A stretch of DNA of 50,924 bases, the filler included, from Circinaria calcarea (lineage: Eukaryota): the NCBI GenBank assembly GCA_051942165.1. It is 2 parts of 2 records of this genome, joined end to end, with 100 filler letters (N's around TTAATTAATTAA, not from the genome) between each part and the next. Parts side by side here need not be neighbours in the genome. Positions count along the whole stretch, not along the records: positions 25,537 to 50,924 come from JAVECS010000095.1; 1 more part is not named here. One strand, 5' to 3'. The translations under genes were made by a program, and so were the position numbers. The notes under the pieces were generated by a model. That model was not told the origin of the DNA, searched no databases, and saw only the letters and a list, made by a program, of their open reading frames with translations. Of this stretch, positions 47,494 to 50,924 are shown piece by piece (the stretch's first letter is position 1; each line of letters opens with the position of its first letter).

Positions 47494-48889
47494 ACGTGGG
47501 GAGTTGGATAAAGGGAAAGGTATGGGAAATGCATAGACCGTCGTTGTGATCGGAGGAAACAAGTTGGCAATCTGGTTCAGGTGCCTACGGATACTTGAGA
47601 ATTTGTCTTGCTCTATCCCGAATGAAAAGATAACATGACCGTGACAGATGGCTCTGCCTGTACTCTACATACTCCTCACGCCAAGTCGCAACTTTTTGCA
47701 GGATTGCTTTGTCTCAACCGGTCTTATCAAGGCTGACATTGATTGACAGTATCCCAAACCGTCTCTACTACTCTTCCCCCGGAGAAAGTGGATGGTGTGG
47801 CAATAGCGTTTATTTACCCTTTTACAATTGTTGAAAATGCTTATGTCAAGCGCTTGTAGCCTTGTGCTCTTGGGACTTTTACGTCCTCCATGTCTATTTC
47901 CGACCCCCCTTCTAAGCCTCTAAGTCTATGGAGACTTCCATATCCTTTGCTCAGACAACGCCCTCTCGCCCTCGGCGAGGTCTTTGGGGTTTACTCAAGC
48001 CCCGCGTGAGAGAGATACTACGCTCTAGCTCCTATGCTCTAACACTCTCCCCATTTGAAAAACACTATCCTTCACCTTCATGTACACACATGCACGCGAG
48101 AGTGCCAAATCACTTTCATCCTTTCCCTGGAATCAATCGGTTATCGTAGACTACTGCGGGGACACGTATAGGGGAGAGGCAAATGGTTGATGTTTTTCCT
48201 TCTCTCTGGTTTTGAACTCCATGAAGGCGTGTTGGGTATCAGCAGTCGATATCATTCGAGACATGAGACGAAGTTGTTGGTTGGAGATACAACTGTACTT
48301 ATTTCGATTTCTTTTTAAACATCTAAAGCTCAGTAGAATAGTGGGATCACCAACACGATACTTTTACCCCCTCTGGTAGCTGAGAGCCATATGTACTGTT
48401 TGTGATACTGGGTGATGCGATGTGATGGAGAGTAGTGCCATCATGGCCTATCTAGTAACAGCAATAATTGGTCTCATGATTCTGGGGCGAGTTATCGTAA
48501 GTTACCTTAAAGTTTGATTAGGGCTCGGTCTGTACTAATCTCCACCGAGAATCCTATCTCTAGTATACGCCAAAAGTATATATCTAACAACTAAGGCGAG
48601 CGGGAAGGGCATCTTGTATTCGAGACTAGCAGTGTGACCGTCTTTGACTTGTCTCGCTTTTCTTTGTCTACGCAAGTGCTTGAAAGATCCTGGATATTAC
48701 CCTGGGCGGTTGTCCAAACTGCTGCGCCTGACATGTTGCATAGACATCGTTACATACTGTCTGGACGCCTGACTTCGCCTTAACCGCGCCCGCTGATTCA
48801 TCCGGGTTTTAAGTACAACAGTAGTTGATCACATGTAGGTGAATGCGTAAACGACGTCGAACGTCTACTCTACTTGTTTGTTGCCAACC

Positions 48890-50901
48890 ATGGTGAGTTT
48901 ACCTATATGCCATATCAATCCAGAGAATGGTAGTTGTATTTGCGTGGATCGCTACTTATAGTAAATCAAGAGTACCCCGGTTGAGAGCGAGAGCGAGAGC
49001 ATGAACATCAACCCTTACCTCGAACAGCTTGCAGAACTCGCCGGCCCTGTCCCCGACTTCGCGGCTACCCTTACCACCCAAGCCGAGCTAGACGCTGAGG
49101 AGGACAACGTTAGCTTCTTGCGAACTCCCATCGACACCTCGGACGATAGGGATTCCGGTGATGAGTTGAATGGACCGGTGTATATTCGCACAGCCTCAGA
49201 CCACGGTAACACGGGCGGCCAAAGATCAGCGTACCTGTCAGCGTTAGAATTCAGGCACGGGCAGAGGGAGTTGCAGAGGCGTGCAATGCGCAGAGCGGTC
49301 CTCCACAATCGACGTTATACGCCCGAACAATTGCAGGAGCTTGGAGCTTCCCAAGAATCCTTGTCGTCGGATCTGCAATCGCGCGAGCATTCGGCGTATC
49401 GAGGGTGGGCACCTGGAAGCTTAGATACCGGGACGGGAAACACGACACGAGAGATTGAACGGTATCTTGATGGCGCTGCGAGGAGAAACCAGCGAGAGGA
49501 TGAGGCAGCGGAAGCAGAGATCCCAGTTCTTAGGAGGCATACCGGTGCAGATCGTGCTTCGAATTGGGGCCAGTCTCACTTCGTTGAGCATGGAATAGGC
49601 GCAGAACCGACAGCGACCGAGTCCTCATTGCGAACTACCGCTTTGTTGCAATCTGTCCGACGTCATGCCCGGTTCTCTCCTCGCTCACGGGATCATCTGG
49701 AGAGCTATATTCTGGATAGAGAGAGAGCCCGAAGGACAGATCAAAGCAATCAAGAGCTGGATTCTACCGCTACAGCGGCACCGCAACAGCAGAGCACACA
49801 TGCCTCTTCTACAAACGGCCAGTTACCTCAAGAACAACGGCGTGAGCTACTTCGTCACAGGGTGGAGCGGGCTCTCCAGGACACCCCATCGCATAGTATC
49901 CAAAACGTATCGGATCGGTTCGGGAAAGCGATTGAGTATTTGGAGCGTTTGCGATATTGCGAAACCTATACGGAACGCATATCTTCGGCTGCGGAAGGAG
50001 GCTTCATGGAAGGCGAACTCTTTACCGATAATCACGACGACCTCATCTTAGATACCACGACCATCGGAGCATTGCCGGAAAGCTCATGGTTAAGGGCCGG
50101 CAGTGTCTTCAGGGGCTCGCAGCACGCCGAGGGCGGTCTCACACCGCCTTCCTACCGTATCACCAACCCGACTACGCGCGGATCATCGATATCACATCGT
50201 AACGTTCGTTCTCATACCGTTCGCATTCCCACCAGCCACGGCGTCCCAATCATCGGCTATACATCCAGCCTCAATACCGAGGACGCAGAATGTTGGCCCG
50301 TCAAAGTGACTCTCCACAGCGTCGACTACGCCAACATGACCATCTCAGGTACAATGGAAGCCTTCGACGTGCCGGACAAGTTCTCGCCGACTCTCAGATC
50401 CAGCATCACGACCTACCTGGAAGGCGAAATCATCGACTTTGACAAATTTACCCTCGAGACGAAGACGTTTGACGGGAACGTTCTGATGGATCGGACCTAC
50501 TGGAGGAAACTCGACCCGTTCAAAACCGTGGCGGATAAGGAACTGGTCCGGAACACCGTGAGTGCCAAGTGGTTGAAAGAAGATCTAGCGCATAAATACA
50601 TCTTGATGAGATGGAAAGGTTCGTCTTCCTTGCCTTTACGTAAACCCCCCGCCCTTTCCTTTCTTCTCCCCCTGCCTTATCGAATACATTCCGGCTAACC
50701 CCACCGCTCCCAACAGAACGCTGTTTCCTCTCCCCCTCAGACGAGCAATCCGGCCTCACCATCTCCGGCTTCTACTACTGCTCCCTCCGCCGCTCAGACG
50801 GTTGCATCCAAGGCCTCTATTACGACCCCGTCAGTCTCCCCTACCAGCATCTGAGCCTCCGGCCCGAGAAGAAATATTTCCCCAGCTATGCGTTTCGGTG
50901 A
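48890..50901 (+). CDS. GID4/Vid24-family (vacuolar import and degradation domain) protein with long N-terminus
   Basis: SWLRAGSVFRGSQ, WPVKVTLHSVD, GTMEAFDVP, ITTYLEGEIID, YWRKLDPF, MRWK|ERCF (intron 50619-50715), GLTISGFYY and GLYYDP; stop at 50899-50901. Start is either ATG|GTGAGT at 48890 or ATG 49001. Confidence 0.88.
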
Positions 50902-50924
50902 GGAGGGAGAGGGAGGGGGAAGGG

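Overview
Intron-containing genomic DNA from a filamentous ascomycete (Pezizomycotina), judged from the gene set, short GT-AG introns and CTRAC branch sites. About 18 protein genes can be modelled. Left of the gap: poly(A) polymerase, a flavin-reductase-like protein, a secreted PhoD phosphatase, an unknown coiled-coil protein, an RBM39/PAD-1 splicing factor, SCS7, an orphan with a PARP-type zinc-finger-like motif, RTA1, an aquaporin and URA3/pyrG. At 25437-25536 there is an artificial 100-bp spacer (N44-TTAATTAATTAA-N44), so the two halves may not be adjacent in the genome. Right of the gap: an intact 6-exon alpha/beta-hydrolase-NACHT-WD40 NLR-like gene head-to-head with a fructosamine-kinase-like gene, a hotdog thioesterase, parvulin PIN4, ALKBH6, DFG10, a Hos4-like ankyrin protein, RPS12 and a GID4/Vid24-domain gene. 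The most unusual parts are: a CpG-poor, repeat-laden island at about 8.5-11.8 kb holding decayed spliced genes and a repeat-peptide uORF; stop-free 3n introns in two RNA-processing genes (one a GC-AG intron); and the NLR-kinase pair with a fold-back hairpin downstream. No rRNA, tRNA, CRISPR array or intact transposase was found. All calls come from reading the sequence and recognising motifs; no searches were run.
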